A stretch of DNA of 63,080 nucleotides, filler included, from Octopus bimaculoides (Eukaryota), in NCBI RefSeq assembly GCF_001194135.2. It is 6 parts of 6 records of this genome, joined end to end, with 100 filler letters (N's around TTAATTAATTAA, not from the genome) between each part and the next. Parts side by side here need not be neighbours in the genome. Positions count along the whole stretch, not along the records: positions 10,473 to 21,202 come from NC_068982.1; positions 21,303 to 52,595 come from NC_068989.1; 4 more parts are not named here. One strand, 5' to 3'. The notes beneath the pieces were generated by a model that worked only from the letters and a program-made list of their open reading frames with translations, was not told where the DNA came from and did no database searches. Below, piece after piece: positions 11,106 to 23,718 of this stretch (position 1 is its first letter; every line of letters starts with the position of its first letter). A program made the translations under genes and the position numbers.

Positions 11106-12069
11106 NNNNNNNNNNNNNNNNNNNNNNNNNNNNNNNNNNNNNNNNNNNNNNNNNNNNNNNNNNNNNNNNNNNNNNNNNNNNNNNNNNNNNNNNNNNNNNN
11201 NNNNNNNNNNNNNNNNNNNNNNNNNNNNNNNNNNNNNNNNNNNNNNNNNNNNNNNNNNNNNNNNNNNNNNNNNNNNNNNNNNNNNNNNNNNNNNNNNNNN
11301 NNNNNNNNNNNNNNNNNNNNNNNNNNNNNNNNNNNNNNNNNNNNNNNNNNNNNNNNNNNNNNNNNNNNNNNNNNNNNNNNNNNNNNNNNNNNNNNNNNNN
11401 NNNNNNNNNNNNNNNNNNNNNNNNNNNNNNNNNNNNNNNNNNNNNNNNNNNNNNNNNNNNNNNNNNNNNNNNNNNNNNNNNNNNNNNNNNNNNNNNNNNN
11501 NNNNNNNNNNNNNNNNNNNNNNNNNNNNNNNNNNNNNNNNNNNNNNNNNNNNNNNNNNNNNNNNNNNNNNNNNNNNNNNNNNNNNNNNNNNNNNNNNNNN
11601 NNNNNNNNNNNNNNNNNNNNNNNNNNNNNNNNNNNNNNNNNNNNNNNNNNNNNNNNNNNNNNNNNNNNNNNNNNNNNNNNNNNNNNNNNNNNNNNNNNNN
11701 NNNNNNNNNNNNNNNNNNNNNNNNNNNNNNNNNNNNNNNNNNNNNNNNNNNNNNNNNNNNNNNNNNNNNNNNNNNNNNNNNNNNNNNNNNNNNNNNNNNN
11801 NNNNNNNNNNNNNNNNNNNNNNNNNNNNNNNNNNNNNNNNNNNNNNNNNNNNNNNNNNNNNNNNNNNNNNNNNNNNNNNNNNNNNNNNNNNNNNNNNNNN
11901 NNNNNNNNNNNNNNNNNNNNNNNNNNNNNNNNNNNNNNNNNNNNNNNNNNNNNNNNNNNNNNNNNNNNNNNNNNNNNNNNNNNNNNNNNNNNNNNNNNNN
12001 NNNNNNNNNNNNNNNNNNNNNNNNNNNNNNNNNNNNNNNNNNNNNNNNNNNNNNNNNNNNNNNNNNNNN

Positions 12070-12124
<55 letters not shown>
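11048..12124. repeat. (AAT)n microsatellite spanning an N gap
   Basis: AAT runs on both sides of the 11106-12069 gap. Confidence 0.95.
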
Positions 12125-12127
<3 letters not shown>

Positions 12128-13399
12128 GATGGGCTACAGCAGATATTCTGCTTAATACCACAGATTTGCTTATCAGTTGTTTGACCTTAACCAGTTGAGC
12201 ATGTCCCTTAGTGGCTGACGTCATGTGCATCTCTGATCATGAGCAGAAGTAGTGGGGGAGCATCATAGCCATGTGTTGAGAGGAATTCTTTGGGGTTTGA
12301 ATAATTCACCTTTGGAAACATGGGTGTTTTGCTCAACATCCTTAAACAAACTTTAGTCAGGGACCTTTTGATATATATATATCGTTGCAATTATGAAAAG
12401 GTGTCGTAAGTTCAAAATGTTGCTTTTTCAGAAAACGAAAAAATAATTTCACCATTCCATTTCTTTTGACATTAGCAAAAGTTTCAGCTTAACAATAATA
12501 TTTTGTTGGGAGCATAAAACTCCATGAATGTATATTTTCAGTGAGAAATAGTTTTGCAAAACTGTCGTATGTAGGACTTACTACACTTTTGAAAAATGCT
12601 ACACCGTTGTACTACACTTTGACTATTTTCATCTGAAGCAGCTGGAGATTCGATAGTTTGAACAAAAGAACCGGCTACTGCAGGCAAAATTAAATAATGA
12701 AAAAAACGCATTTAGCCAAATCTGGACATACGACAGTTTAACATAATACCAACGATATGTGTATACCATCAATGGGGAAGGAAAAATTTGTACCATCAGC
12801 GGTATCGAAAAGAAATCCCTTATAGAATATAGTCACTTTCTTTTGCACTCAGGTCGATTTTTCCTCTCTTTCAAGCGAAGTCGATAAAACGAGTGTCGGC
12901 CCGATTTAATGGACTAAAGTCCTTGGTCATCATCTTAGAGCAACGTAGTCATGCCACACGTACATAATTATAAAGCATTTGCTGTCTTTTGAATTATCTA
13001 TTAGTTAGTCCTTTTTTCCAATATTGCTTCTTCTAATCCATACTCTTCTTTCTGCTTTTAAATGTTTTGTTTCTTGGTTTCGTATTCTCTTATAAGACTG
13101 CAATAAAGTCAGAAATGTCCACGATTTGCAATTATTCAAACTAAAGTAATATCTATATATCTGTCCTGTTATCTATTAGTTTCAGACAAATACTTCCCTC
13201 TCTGGCCAACCTCTCAACTTTTTCAAGTATTACTTGAAAGGGAAGGTGAGAATAGAGAAAAGGTGGGTGAATGTAGCTAAGACGGTACGCATGAATGACA
13301 GACCCACTTTGAGCATGAACCTATAAAACAAAAAGAGAAAGGGCGTTTTGCTCTCATGCTTATTTTTTCCGAGATTACCGTGGGTTTTTTTTTTTCGTA

Positions 13400-13543
13400 G
13401 GTCATTACATCGACCTCACTGCTCAACTGGAACTTATTCTATCGACCCCGGAAGGATGAAATACAACGTCGACCTCGGCGGAATTTGAACTCAGTTTGTA
13501 AGCATTTTGCCCGGCGTGCTAACGATTCTGCCAGCTCACCGCC
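13400..13543 (-). mobile_element. SINE family A (tRNA-derived), internally deleted
   Basis: Reverse complement of ggcgg.gagctggcagaatcgttagcacgccgggc..gagttcaaattccgccgaggtcgac, homologous to 14038 and 15063. Confidence 0.9.
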
Positions 13544-14037
13544 ATATCTCGTAGTTACATAGCCAGTCTAGGGTTAGTAAGGTGTTGTTGTTAAGAATAT
13601 ATGCTCTTTGGTAAATGTGGCGCTTCTATAGAGCAAGATGGTTGTTCCAACAGTTTGGCTAATGAGGCATCTCAACGTTATTGTCGCCGCCTCTAAATCT
13701 TCTCAGCATTTCAAAACGATCCTTACGTTCCATTTAATCTTTTAAGACAGCCTGCATTATTAGAGGTCGAAAGTTAGGGTAGAATCTGGATTCATTTGAG
13801 AAATAACATTATGACAGGAATCGTAGTGCCTTTGTTTGAACAATTCGTCAAACTGATTCTTGAAAGCAAAGTTTGGTTTCAATAAATGGGAATTTGAGAC
13901 TTAAGCTCTACCGCAAATTACAAATTCGTTGAAGCACCTTCTAATGGTGCAACTGTATACACATCTGTCATTGTTCGTAATGAAATACTACAGCACAGAA
14001 GATATGATCTGTGTCATTTCATTATAGCTGGCTTTAA

Positions 14038-14251
14038 GGCGGCGAGCTGGCAGAATCGTTAGAACGCCGAGCAAAATGCTTAGTGGTATTTCGTCCGTCT
14101 TTACGTTCTGAGTTCAAATTCCACCGAGTTCTACTTTTATCTTTCATCCTTTCGGGGTCGATAAATTAAGTACCAGTTGAGCACAGGGGCTTGATGTAAT
14201 CGACTTAACCCCTTCCACGAGCTTAATGACTATATTCCAAAATTTGAAACC
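14038..14251 (+). mobile_element. SINE family A
   Basis: A box tggcagaatcg, B box gagttcaaattcc, core ctttcatcctttcggggtcgataaattaagtaccag. Confidence 0.93.
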
Positions 14252-15062
14252 ATTATAGATGATTTTGAAGTCCTTCTTGTGTGTTTAGAACTCAAAGCAT
14301 TTTTCTACTGGATCCAGGTGTATTTTTAATCTTTTTGATGTTAGTTGTTTTTTTGTTGTTTTTTTTCTCTGGCTGAAAAAGTTTTCTTATCTTGTCAGAC
14401 ATTTTTATCTATATTGATTAACGGAATTTTATTTTTTATTTTCCTTCACTCGGCTTCAGTTCAATAAACTGAAAGCTATGACTTTTGTCAAGAAAGGAAA
14501 GAAGTCTTCCTCCCATTTTTGGAATTGACAGCTGTTTATTTCCTTTAGTGGGCGCTAGCAATTTAATTATTTTATCTATTTTAATGGTTCGCTCTATACA
14601 GTCTAATTACAGAAATGAAACGATGAAAAAAAAAACCACAGTAATATCAACCAATAACAGTCTACTCACAAATTTTATCCAAACCTGAAATCATGAACGG
14701 TAGCTAGAGTGAAGAAAAAAAATTCAAATCAAATATAACAACGTCAGTATGAAAACATTTCCCATCTTTACAGCAATTTCTAATCTTCTTGTCAGTTGTA
14801 CGTAATATTCCATTGACCTCTTTTCTTTGATCTTCTCAGATCGCTATAATGACCAACGAGGGAAAAGAAAATTGTGATTAGTCCAACGAGAAAAAAGCAC
14901 TTTAGAAGAAATTGAGATCGAGTTCACTATGCTATTTAAAGAAGGAAAATAGTAAAAAATAGCTTAATTTTTTTTTTTTTAATTGACTCCAGTTCTAATA
15001 CCAAAAACCTGTTATTTCTCGATCAAGTATTTCTTCTATCCCAATAGTTGTTATTGCGTGAA

Positions 15063-15368
15063 GGCAGCGAGCTGGCACACCGGGCGAAATGCTTAGTGAT
15101 ATTTAGTCTGTCTTTACGTTCTGAGTTCAAATTCCACCGAGGTCGACTTTGCCTTTCATCCTTTCGGGATCGATAAATTAAGTACCAGTTACGCACTGGG
15201 GTCGATGTAATCGACTTAACTCCTTTGTCTGTCCTTGTTTGTCCCCTCTATGTTTAGCCCCTTGTGGGCAATAAAGAAATAAGAATCATTAGCAAGCTAA
15301 CCAAAATTCTTAGCAGCATTTCGTTCGTCTTTACGTTCTGAGTTCAAATTCCACCGCGGTTGACTTTG
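15063..15368 (+). mobile_element. SINE family A, full copy (15063-15282) plus tandem partial copy (15283-15368)
   Basis: Same head and core; ends in ...gtgggcaataaagaaataa, followed by a second B-box-bearing fragment. Confidence 0.93.
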
Positions 15369-15383
15369 TATATATATGTGTGT

Positions 15384-15429
<46 letters not shown>

Positions 15430-15444
15430 ACGTATGTATGTATA

Positions 15445-15832
15445 CGAGGTCTGATCAAAAAGTTTAAAGTCATAGAGTTCAAGGTCAAAAAGTATCACTA
15501 TTATAAAGAGAAAACAACAAAGTATGGAATAAACTACGGAATCTTATGGAATCTTATATGTAACTACGAGATATAAAGTATGGAAAATGTGGCGTTTAAT
15601 TTCCTTCGAAGTAGTCCCCTTCTGGAGCCACACACTTTATCCAGCGTTGTTTCCATTGATGGAAGCATTCTTGGAACTTCTGTTTTGGGATAGCGAGCAG
15701 CTATCCAAAAATGCTTCGTCGTATTCTTTAGGATTTCCTCGACATCTTGAAATCTTGTTGAGGGTCTTCCATTGCGAAGATTAAGCCTTGATTTTGAAGC
15801 CATGGTCATAAACCCACGATTCATTACCTGTC
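15445..15832 (-). mobile_element. Internally deleted mariner element with one TIR
   Basis: TA+CGAGGTCTGATCAAAAAG terminus at 15443. The minus strand gives TGNESWVY (first catalytic motif, TGDESWVY) joined by a deletion to RFQDVEEI and AIPKQKFQECFHQWKQRWIKCVAPEGDYFEGN*. Confidence 0.88.
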
Positions 15833-16288
15833 TTCAAAACGTTTTCTCTCTCTCTTCTCTCGCTCACATTCTCTTTCTTTCTCTCTTTATGCATGTGTGT
15901 ATGTGTGTGTATTACACGCAGCTATATTCCCAAACCCTAAAAAGGCTTTACTGAGTCCTTTTTCGTAGACTTTATACATAAACGCATTCGCGATGTATTA
16001 TTCAAGGAATGTCTACTGGTTTAACTCCAATGCAGTAAATCAAAAACCCGAAACAGAAGAGCATTTTCGATGCAGTATGTCTTCACTTAGAAAATATTTC
16101 CTGAAACTTATAAAATTTCTGCTTTGTTTACACGGCAGTAAATACCTGGCAGTTTGCTTTACGGTAGCTAATGTATATAATGCTGATAGGATTTACAAAT
16201 ACCTATTTGAACAAATATTTCTCTTGTGCTCTGGTTGATGAAATGTAAATATACACATGCACACACACATTTATATATGTACATATGT

Positions 16289-16323
<35 letters not shown>

Positions 16324-16789
16324 TAAATACATATGAAGACGCACACACATATATAGACAGATACATGCATACATACATTTATATATGTACGCATTTATGT
16401 ATAAATTTATGCATTTATGGTGTAGCATGCATTTCAGCTTAATTAAATGTCTCTTCGTTTTAACTGAACATATATATCATTACATTAATGTTCTAACCAG
16501 AACTGTATTTTGTACTTTCATTTAACTCTCTGCTAGTCTCTTTGGAAAAAATATTTTCGTTATAATTATGAAATATTTATTCCTATATTTTCCATATGCA
16601 TGCATGCAAGTATGTATGTATGTATGTATGTATGTATGTATGTATGTATGTATGTATGTGGAAATTATCAACGACGGCAGCCATAGCACTGTGGTCGACA
16701 GCAGCAGCAGCAGCAGCAACACTACGGCCTGGGATGACTACTACAACACTAGGCACAGCGATATCGCCTGACCCACGCCCTGTAATAAC

Positions 16790-17285
16790 AGCACTGAAAG
16801 GAGCTCCAGTAAAAGCGGCGGCAACAACAACATCTTCGGGTCCGGAGTCAATGAAAGATGCACCAGAAATGTGAACACAACCAACATTCAAGTCCGGAAA
16901 TGTACCGGGACTGCCGGAACTGCCTTCAAGCGGCGCCTGTGCAACCACAGGTCCTCTTTCAGGATTCCAGAAAGACGATTCGTCACATCCCTGACAAGCC
17001 ACGTGTGGAGCTTTAAAGATGGAGGGACCCCATACGATATCAAAGAGCTGCTGGGATCCTATATTAACGGGAGCGGACGCTGCAAGTTTTGCGTAACTGA
17101 GTGAACAAGGATCCTCAAGGACTCCCCGGAACCAAGATTATTAAATTTCCGGCAAGAAATTTCCAGTCCCTGTATCTATTTCAAACCTTACACGTGTCTG
17201 CGGAATACACAGCTACTTACACGATGATTTAATGAGCAAGTAATTCAGTTGACTGAACAACTGAATTCTCATCATCGAACTTTGT
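16790..17285 (+). mobile_element. Penelope-like element, GIY-YIG endonuclease 3' remnant plus 3' region
   Basis: TGTAGTAFKRRLCNHRSSFR...TSLTSHVWSFKD...RCKFCVTE..ILK...LLNFRQE..SPC matches the PLE GIY-YIG C-terminal pattern. Confidence 0.85.
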
Positions 17286-17299
17286 TGTATATTTTCCTT

Positions 17300-17301
<2 letters not shown>

Positions 17302-17334
<33 letters not shown>

Positions 17335-18004
17335 NNNNNNNNNNNNNNNNNNNNNNNNNNNNNNNNNNNNNNNNNNNNNNNNNNNNNNNNNNNNNNNNNN
17401 NNNNNNNNNNNNNNNNNNNNNNNNNNNNNNNNNNNNNNNNNNNNNNNNNNNNNNNNNNNNNNNNNNNNNNNNNNNNNNNNNNNNNNNNNNNNNNNNNNNN
17501 NNNNNNNNNNNNNNNNNNNNNNNNNNNNNNNNNNNNNNNNNNNNNNNNNNNNNNNNNNNNNNNNNNNNNNNNNNNNNNNNNNNNNNNNNNNNNNNNNNNN
17601 NNNNNNNNNNNNNNNNNNNNNNNNNNNNNNNNNNNNNNNNNNNNNNNNNNNNNNNNNNNNNNNNNNNNNNNNNNNNNNNNNNNNNNNNNNNNNNNNNNNN
17701 NNNNNNNNNNNNNNNNNNNNNNNNNNNNNNNNNNNNNNNNNNNNNNNNNNNNNNNNNNNNNNNNNNNNNNNNNNNNNNNNNNNNNNNNNNNNNNNNNNNN
17801 NNNNNNNNNNNNNNNNNNNNNNNNNNNNNNNNNNNNNNNNNNNNNNNNNNNNNNNNNNNNNNNNNNNNNNNNNNNNNNNNNNNNNNNNNNNNNNNNNNNN
17901 NNNNNNNNNNNNNNNNNNNNNNNNNNNNNNNNNNNNNNNNNNNNNNNNNNNNNNNNNNNNNNNNNNNNNNNNNNNNNNNNNNNNNNNNNNNNNNNNNNNN
18001 NNNN

Positions 18005-18076
<72 letters not shown>

Positions 18077-18086
18077 TGTGTGTGTG
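17302..18086. repeat. (TG)n microsatellite spanning an N gap
   Basis: TG runs either side of the 17335-18004 gap. Confidence 0.95.
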
Positions 18087-18192
18087 TTGCAATTATCATG
18101 GCCTGTTCGGATTCCTGATGTGTGAAGCATAGTCTCTCTCTCTCTAGTTTTTCAACGCTTTCTGTCCTGTGTTTTTCTTTTCATCCCATACA

Positions 18193-18592
18193 CTTTACTC
18201 TTTTACTTGTTTCAGTCATTTGACTGCGGCCATGCTGGAGCACCGCCTTTAGTCGAGCAAATCGACCCCAGGACTTAATCTTTGTAAGCCTAGTACTTAT
18301 TCTATCGTTTTTTTCCGAACCGCTAAGTTACGGGGACGTAAACACACCATCATCAGTTGTCAAGCGATATTAGGAGGACAAACACAGACACACAAACATA
18401 TACACACACATACATATATACATATACATATACACGACGGGCTTCTTTCAGTTTCCGTCTACCAAATTCACTCACAAGGCTTTGGTCGGCCCAAGGCTAT
18501 AGTAGAAGACACTTGCCCAAGGTGCCACGCAGTGGGATTGAACCCAGAACCATGAGGCTGGTAAGCAAGCTACTTACCACACAGCCACTCCT
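18193..18592 (-). mobile_element. SINE family B, full length (tRNA head, CORE-like accttgggcaagtg segment, internal CA/TA microsatellite, 3' tail)
   Basis: Minus head aggagtggctgtgtggtaag...ggttcaatccc; near-identical to 25936-26329. Confidence 0.93.
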
Positions 18593-19444
18593 AAGCCTAC
18601 ACCCATCTCCATCTTTTTCAATTGTCTTGCTTATCTTTCCCCACAGGATTCCAATCCAAGACTTGACGTATCAAACGTCCTTATGTATATCCGGCAATTT
18701 GTTGAGTGATAGATTCCTTCTTGGATTTGGCCCAGAAGTATTTGTTGCTCACGCCTTCTGGTTATCTAACGTTTAGAATATTTCCGAAGCAGTAAATATT
18801 TACTTGACATCCTAGCGTGTTCATGACAAGTGAAGAAAAAACAATCAGGCTACCAGAAATTGCAGCGGAAAACTAGGCTGAGAGATGAACGTTAGAAAGA
18901 TAGTGATACTGAAGATTATTAGTGGTGACTCTGACTCATATATTGAACGAAGTGAAAGGTTTCTGATATCTAGGAAGTATGGAGTCAGTACCTGTTGATG
19001 CAGAGGAAGTTGTAAAAGCAGGAACTGGAATAGCTAGTCAAGACTTCAATATTTAAACTATTGTTTGGAAGGCGATAGTTCTCTGTGAAGACTTATTAAG
19101 TCAAAAATATTCAGCACCAGTGTCAAATCCACTTAACTATACAGTGCTGAGTTGGGAAAATGAACACAGATATCCTCAAAATGCTACAAATATTCATGAA
19201 AGCAGGCAGTAAACAAAAATTATAACTCTTACCTGTGCAAACTTAACTGAAGAGGGATGAGTGTTTTTAGCACAGAGCTCGAAATCGATACTAAGTTATC
19301 TGCCATTTCTTTTGCGGCCTTCGCAAAGGCAGAAGCTATAATTCTTATTCACCGCTTTCACTATACTTGTTTTCAGTGAGCTTTCTGTGGCTTCGGAGTT
19401 CATCTGACTCCTATTTCTAGCAAAGCCGGTACTTTCTAGTACTA

Positions 19445-19478
<34 letters not shown>

Positions 19479-19483
<5 letters not shown>

Positions 19484-19625
19484 GAAGAACAAACAAGAAA
19501 ACAACAACGCGAGGACGTGGTACATGTAAAGTATTAGCAGACGCTCAGGGAAGGTGAGAAAGGTGGTTTTACGTTTCGAGCAAAGCTCTTCTTCAGAAAC
19601 AGAGGAAAGTCCACGAGAATGGTTT
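19479..19625 (-). mobile_element. Penelope-like terminal (pLTR) fragment
   Basis: Homologous to 21303-21495 (cctgagcgtc..taatact..cacgtcctc..ttgttgttt) and carries a hammerhead motif. Confidence 0.7.
19566..19600 (-). ncRNA. Minimal type I hammerhead ribozyme motif, intact core
   Basis: GUUU-CUGAAGA-A-GAGC(UUU)GCUC-GAAA-CG-UA/AAAC. Stem I GUUU:AAAC, stem II 4 bp, palindromic ACGU stem III, GUA triplet. Confidence 0.8.
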
Positions 19626-20534
19626 ACACCTGGTAGCTTACTGGTAAAGCACGGCCACTTTCACGGTGATCATTACGTATATGGCAAATGAAAGACGGAA
19701 GATGAGGAATCGATGCTAGATGTGTCGAAACAATTCTCATGATTACTAAAATCTCGTATATTCGGACTTCTGTCTTTCATTTGCCATGGGTGTGTGTGTG
19801 TCGGCAAGAGGATAGCTGAAGAAAAATATTTCGCTAAATTTCGTCCGGATGTCGTCCTTTTACGCCAAGATAGATCGATAAAATAAGTAACAGAGAAAGT
19901 ATTGTTCAATCAAGTTAATCCACTAAAAGCCATTGAGGCCGTCGCCTTAATATATGTACAGTTTAGAGGAGGGTGAAGCCGATAAAAGTGCAAAAGAATA
20001 AAAGAATAGTCAAGTATATAAGTTTAGGTTCTCATTAAAAGAACGAAAATTTTTTCCTCGAGTGCTGCAGATTTAGTGAATCAGGGGAAATGATGAGTAT
20101 GTGCAGATCATTGTAAAAGTTGTCAATTCCGAGAGAATCTTTTCAGGGGACCTATACATCTGTGATTGCATACATTCTTCTTATTGACACTCATGAACTC
20201 AAATATTTGTTGGTGTCTAAACTCTAACAAAGAAACCCGCTTATCTTAGTCTTCGTGCAAAGGAAATTAATAATTATCAAGAAGAAAACACACCTATTAC
20301 AGGGGTCTGCAGTGTCTTCTGTCAATACAATAGACGTCACTATCAATAATCAGTATAAGAATCAAATCAAAAGTGTAAGATTATCGATTAGGTCGTACTG
20401 CCATCTTTAATGTAAAGATTGAACTCGTGTCTTTTGTCAGCTCTCCAAGGCATTATTGGTTTATGAGAGATATTTTTTTTTAATCTCATTATTTGGAACA
20501 GCAATCATATAATTGATATACAAACTGTTAAACA

Positions 20535-20700
20535 ACAATTTTTTTTCCTTCTTATTATTATTTTTATCATTCTTCTTATTCTTATTCTCCTCAGCTTTCT
20601 TCACTTTCTTTTTCTTTTCCTTCTTCTTCTTCTTCTTCTTCTTCTTCTTCCTACTATTATTACCACCACCACTACTCCTGCTGCTGCTGCACTCTACTAC
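20535..20700. repeat. (TTC)n/(TTA)n compound low-complexity tract
   Basis: Visible trinucleotide runs; source of the poly-K/poly-F ORFs. Confidence 0.9.
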
Positions 20701-21120
20701 TTCGACCATATTTATTCTTATTCTTTTTCAGGCTTTTTCTTCGTTTTCTTGCAATTTCTTCTACCGTTCTTCTTCGGTTTGTAAAACATTCCATCAAACT
20801 AAAGCCGTCCAAAATTCCTTTAGAACCAAACTCTTAGTTCCTGTGTAAAAAACAAAACATAAATGATAGTTGGCATACTTCCAAACGAAATGACTTGAAT
20901 CTTAAATCCAAATTGTTCTCCTTCTCAGTCTATTGCTATCCATCAATCTTTTATTCTTTCTTCTGTCCATCTATTTATCGACCTCCCTAACCATTCTTAT
21001 ATGTATTTCCTATCAATTTGTATTTGTATATCTATCATTCCATCTTTCTATTGGTTCATCTCTCCGCATATCTATTTATATATCTACTTGTGTCTATTTT
21101 ACTCTTTGAATTTGACATCG

Positions 21121-21202
<82 letters not shown>

Positions 21203-21302
21203 NNNNNNNNNNNNNNNNNNNNNNNNNNNNNNNNNNNNNNNNNNNNTTAATTAATTAANNNNNNNNNNNNNNNNNNNNNNNNNNNNNNNNNNNNNNNNNN
21301 NN

Positions 21303-21495
21303 AACCTCGTGGGCATCGGTACCATTTTCCTCTTTCTCCGTTCTTCCATTCTCCGAACTTTCCATCTTTCCGACGAAGGGCTACGCCCGAAACGTCATAC
21401 ACTCTCTCTTTCCTTTCCTGAGCGTCCAATAATACTATCCATATCACGTCCTCACTTTGTTGTTTTTTTGTTTTTTTGTTATTGTGTTTTTGAAC
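21303..21495 (+). mobile_element. Penelope-like terminal fragment with mutated hammerhead core
   Basis: CCGACGA-A-GGGC(UAC)GCCC-GAAA-CGUC at 21370-21396; homologous to 19479-19625. Confidence 0.7.
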
Positions 21496-21559
21496 TATAT
21501 ATATATATATATATATATAAGGATGGATGAAAACAGTTTGATTCAAATTCGTTGGTACT

Positions 21560-22858
21560 GTTGAGTTTCAATCGTGATGTCAGTTGTCACCTATTTTTAT
21601 TCGAATGACAGAAGTTGATAATTATTACGGTATGGTGGGCAGCGATTGGTCGAAAAAGGTCAAGTGGTGTCGTGGTTTGTGTTGGTATATTGGTAATAGT
21701 TGGAAAAAACCGCATGGTGAACAGGAAACTGACCGCGTGGAGTACGGGAAATTTACCATGTGGCGGATAGGAAATCGGTCCGGTTGCTGGCGGAGGGGAG
21801 TAAGGACGGGCGGCTTGTGCAAGTATATATTTCTATATGCAAGTATATAGTTCTATATGTGCAGTCTCACTCATATAGTTTTGCGTGCATGTGTGTATTG
21901 ATGCGAGCAAGCGCACATGTATGTGGGCCCGCAGGCGCGTGTTTGCACGCACTGACATGCACATAATACTTGAACAACACGCACGCGTGCAGACGAACAC
22001 GCATGGACGCGCATACGCACACATGCACACATATACACGTATAGACACACACATGAGTATTCCATGTTATTTACATATGTATGTATATTCACATGCATGT
22101 ACGGATGCGTATGCACATGCGCTCTCGCACGCGTGAATATACATGCGCAAAAAACATGAGTTAGGGGTTGGTAAGCGTTGGGAATTGGTAAGCCTCGGTG
22201 ATTGGTATGCGTTGGGGGTTGGTAAACGTTGGGGATTCGTAATTGGCGGTCCTTCTCGTGGAGTTGGTTGGTTACTGGCGGGGACGCAGTGTAGCAGCCG
22301 GTCGCGCAGAGTAGCATCTTGTGCTAAGGTGGTATATTCGGGTTGTCGGCAGTCAGAGGTGTGAAATTTTCCAGATATTTGTTTTATTTCATGATCCATA
22401 TATGTAACTTCCAATAAATTTGTTGAGTATCCTTCTTTCATTTGTTCACCCACTCGTGACCATCTTTTTTTCTTGCACGACTTTCTAAGGACTGGACGTT
22501 GTCTTTCTCACTCTTCGATCATTTTTCTTTTCAAAGAAAATATTCCTCCCAGTGTTCACTATTTTCCTCTCGTTCTGGTCTAACAACCCTCCATGTTTGT
22601 TTTCATTCGGTTTCCTTGTATGACTACCCTGTCCTGTTTTTGTTCCCAACTTTGATCCTCCATAAATCCAAAATTTTATTTTGGTATCTATGGGAGCGAC
22701 TGTCTTCGAAAATTCATAAAGTCGTTGAAAGCTCAAAATGAGGAGCAGATAGACAGCCGACAATTGTGTTTCCTTGTCCCGTTGCTTGCATATTTAACTC
22801 GTTTGTTTTCGTACTTCATGTTGTTTACACAGTTGGTGACGTCATCTAATCATATATG
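21560..22858 (-). mobile_element. Probable decayed retroelement 5'/N-terminal region (Penelope-like), interrupted by CA/TA microsatellite
   Basis: GC-richer, P/T/Q/N-rich minus frames with short internal duplications (aggggttggtaa.cgttggg). The right end shares the atagacag.cgacaa.tg motif with 29988. No catalytic motif seen. Confidence 0.35.
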
Positions 22859-23718
22859 TATATATAAATATAATTGNNNNNNNNNNNNNNNNNNNNNNNN
22901 NNNNNNNNNNNNNNNNNNNNNNNNNNNNNNNNNNNNNNNNNNNNNNNNNNNNNNNNNNNNNNNNNNNNNNNNNNNNNNNNNNNNNNNNNNNNNNNNNNNN
23001 NNNNNNNNNNNNNNNNNNNNNNNNNNNNNNNNNNNNNNNNNNNNNNNNNNNNNNNNNNNNNNNNNNNNNNNNNNNNNNNNNNNNNNNNNNNNNNNNNNNN
23101 NNNNNNNNNNNNNNNNNNNNNNNNNNNNNNNNNNNNNNNNNNNNNNNNNNNNNNNNNNNNNNNNNNNNNNNNNNNNNNNNNNNNNNNNNNNNNNNNNNNN
23201 NNNNNNNNNNNNNNNNNNNNNNNNNNNNNNNNNNNNNNNNNNNNNNNNNNNNNNNNNNNNNNNNNNNNNNNNNNNNNNNNNNNNNNNNNNNNNNNNNNNN
23301 NNNNNNNNNNNNNNNNNNNNNNNNNNNNNNNNNNNNNNNNNNNNNNNNNNNNNNNNNNNNNNNNNNNNNNNNNNNNNNNNNNNNNNNNNNNNNNNNNNNN
23401 NNNNNNNNNNNNNNNNNNNNNNNNNNNNNNNNNNNNNNNNNNNNNNNNNNNNNNNNNNNNNNNNNNNNNNNNNNNNNNNNNNNNNNNNNNNNNNNNNNNN
23501 NNNNNNNNNNNNAGAGAGAAAAGTGTCTGAAATAGGAGGGAAATAATAGACACAAGTAGATATAAATATCCTATAAACCTAGTGGCTATATACATCTCAT
23601 TTGTATATTTGTAGATACATTTCTGTTCAGTACTTGTAGTTTGAACGTTTGAAACCCGATAATTTTTCTTATCATTCACTGGTTAAAAAGGACTTGGTAT
23701 GTAATAGAATTAAATATA

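Noticed and set aside
12559-12739. 14-bp inverted repeat aaactgtcgtatgt / acatacgacagttt
   Set aside because: No TSD or second copy in the window; too short to call a MITE.
18790-19270. Acidic S/D/E-rich broken frame resembling a piggyBac N-terminus
   Set aside because: No catalytic motif, TIR or TTAA boundary could be shown.
19689-19696. tgaaagac, miR-71-like seed within a hairpin arm
   Set aside because: The match ends after 8-9 nt and the loop is too large for a canonical precursor.
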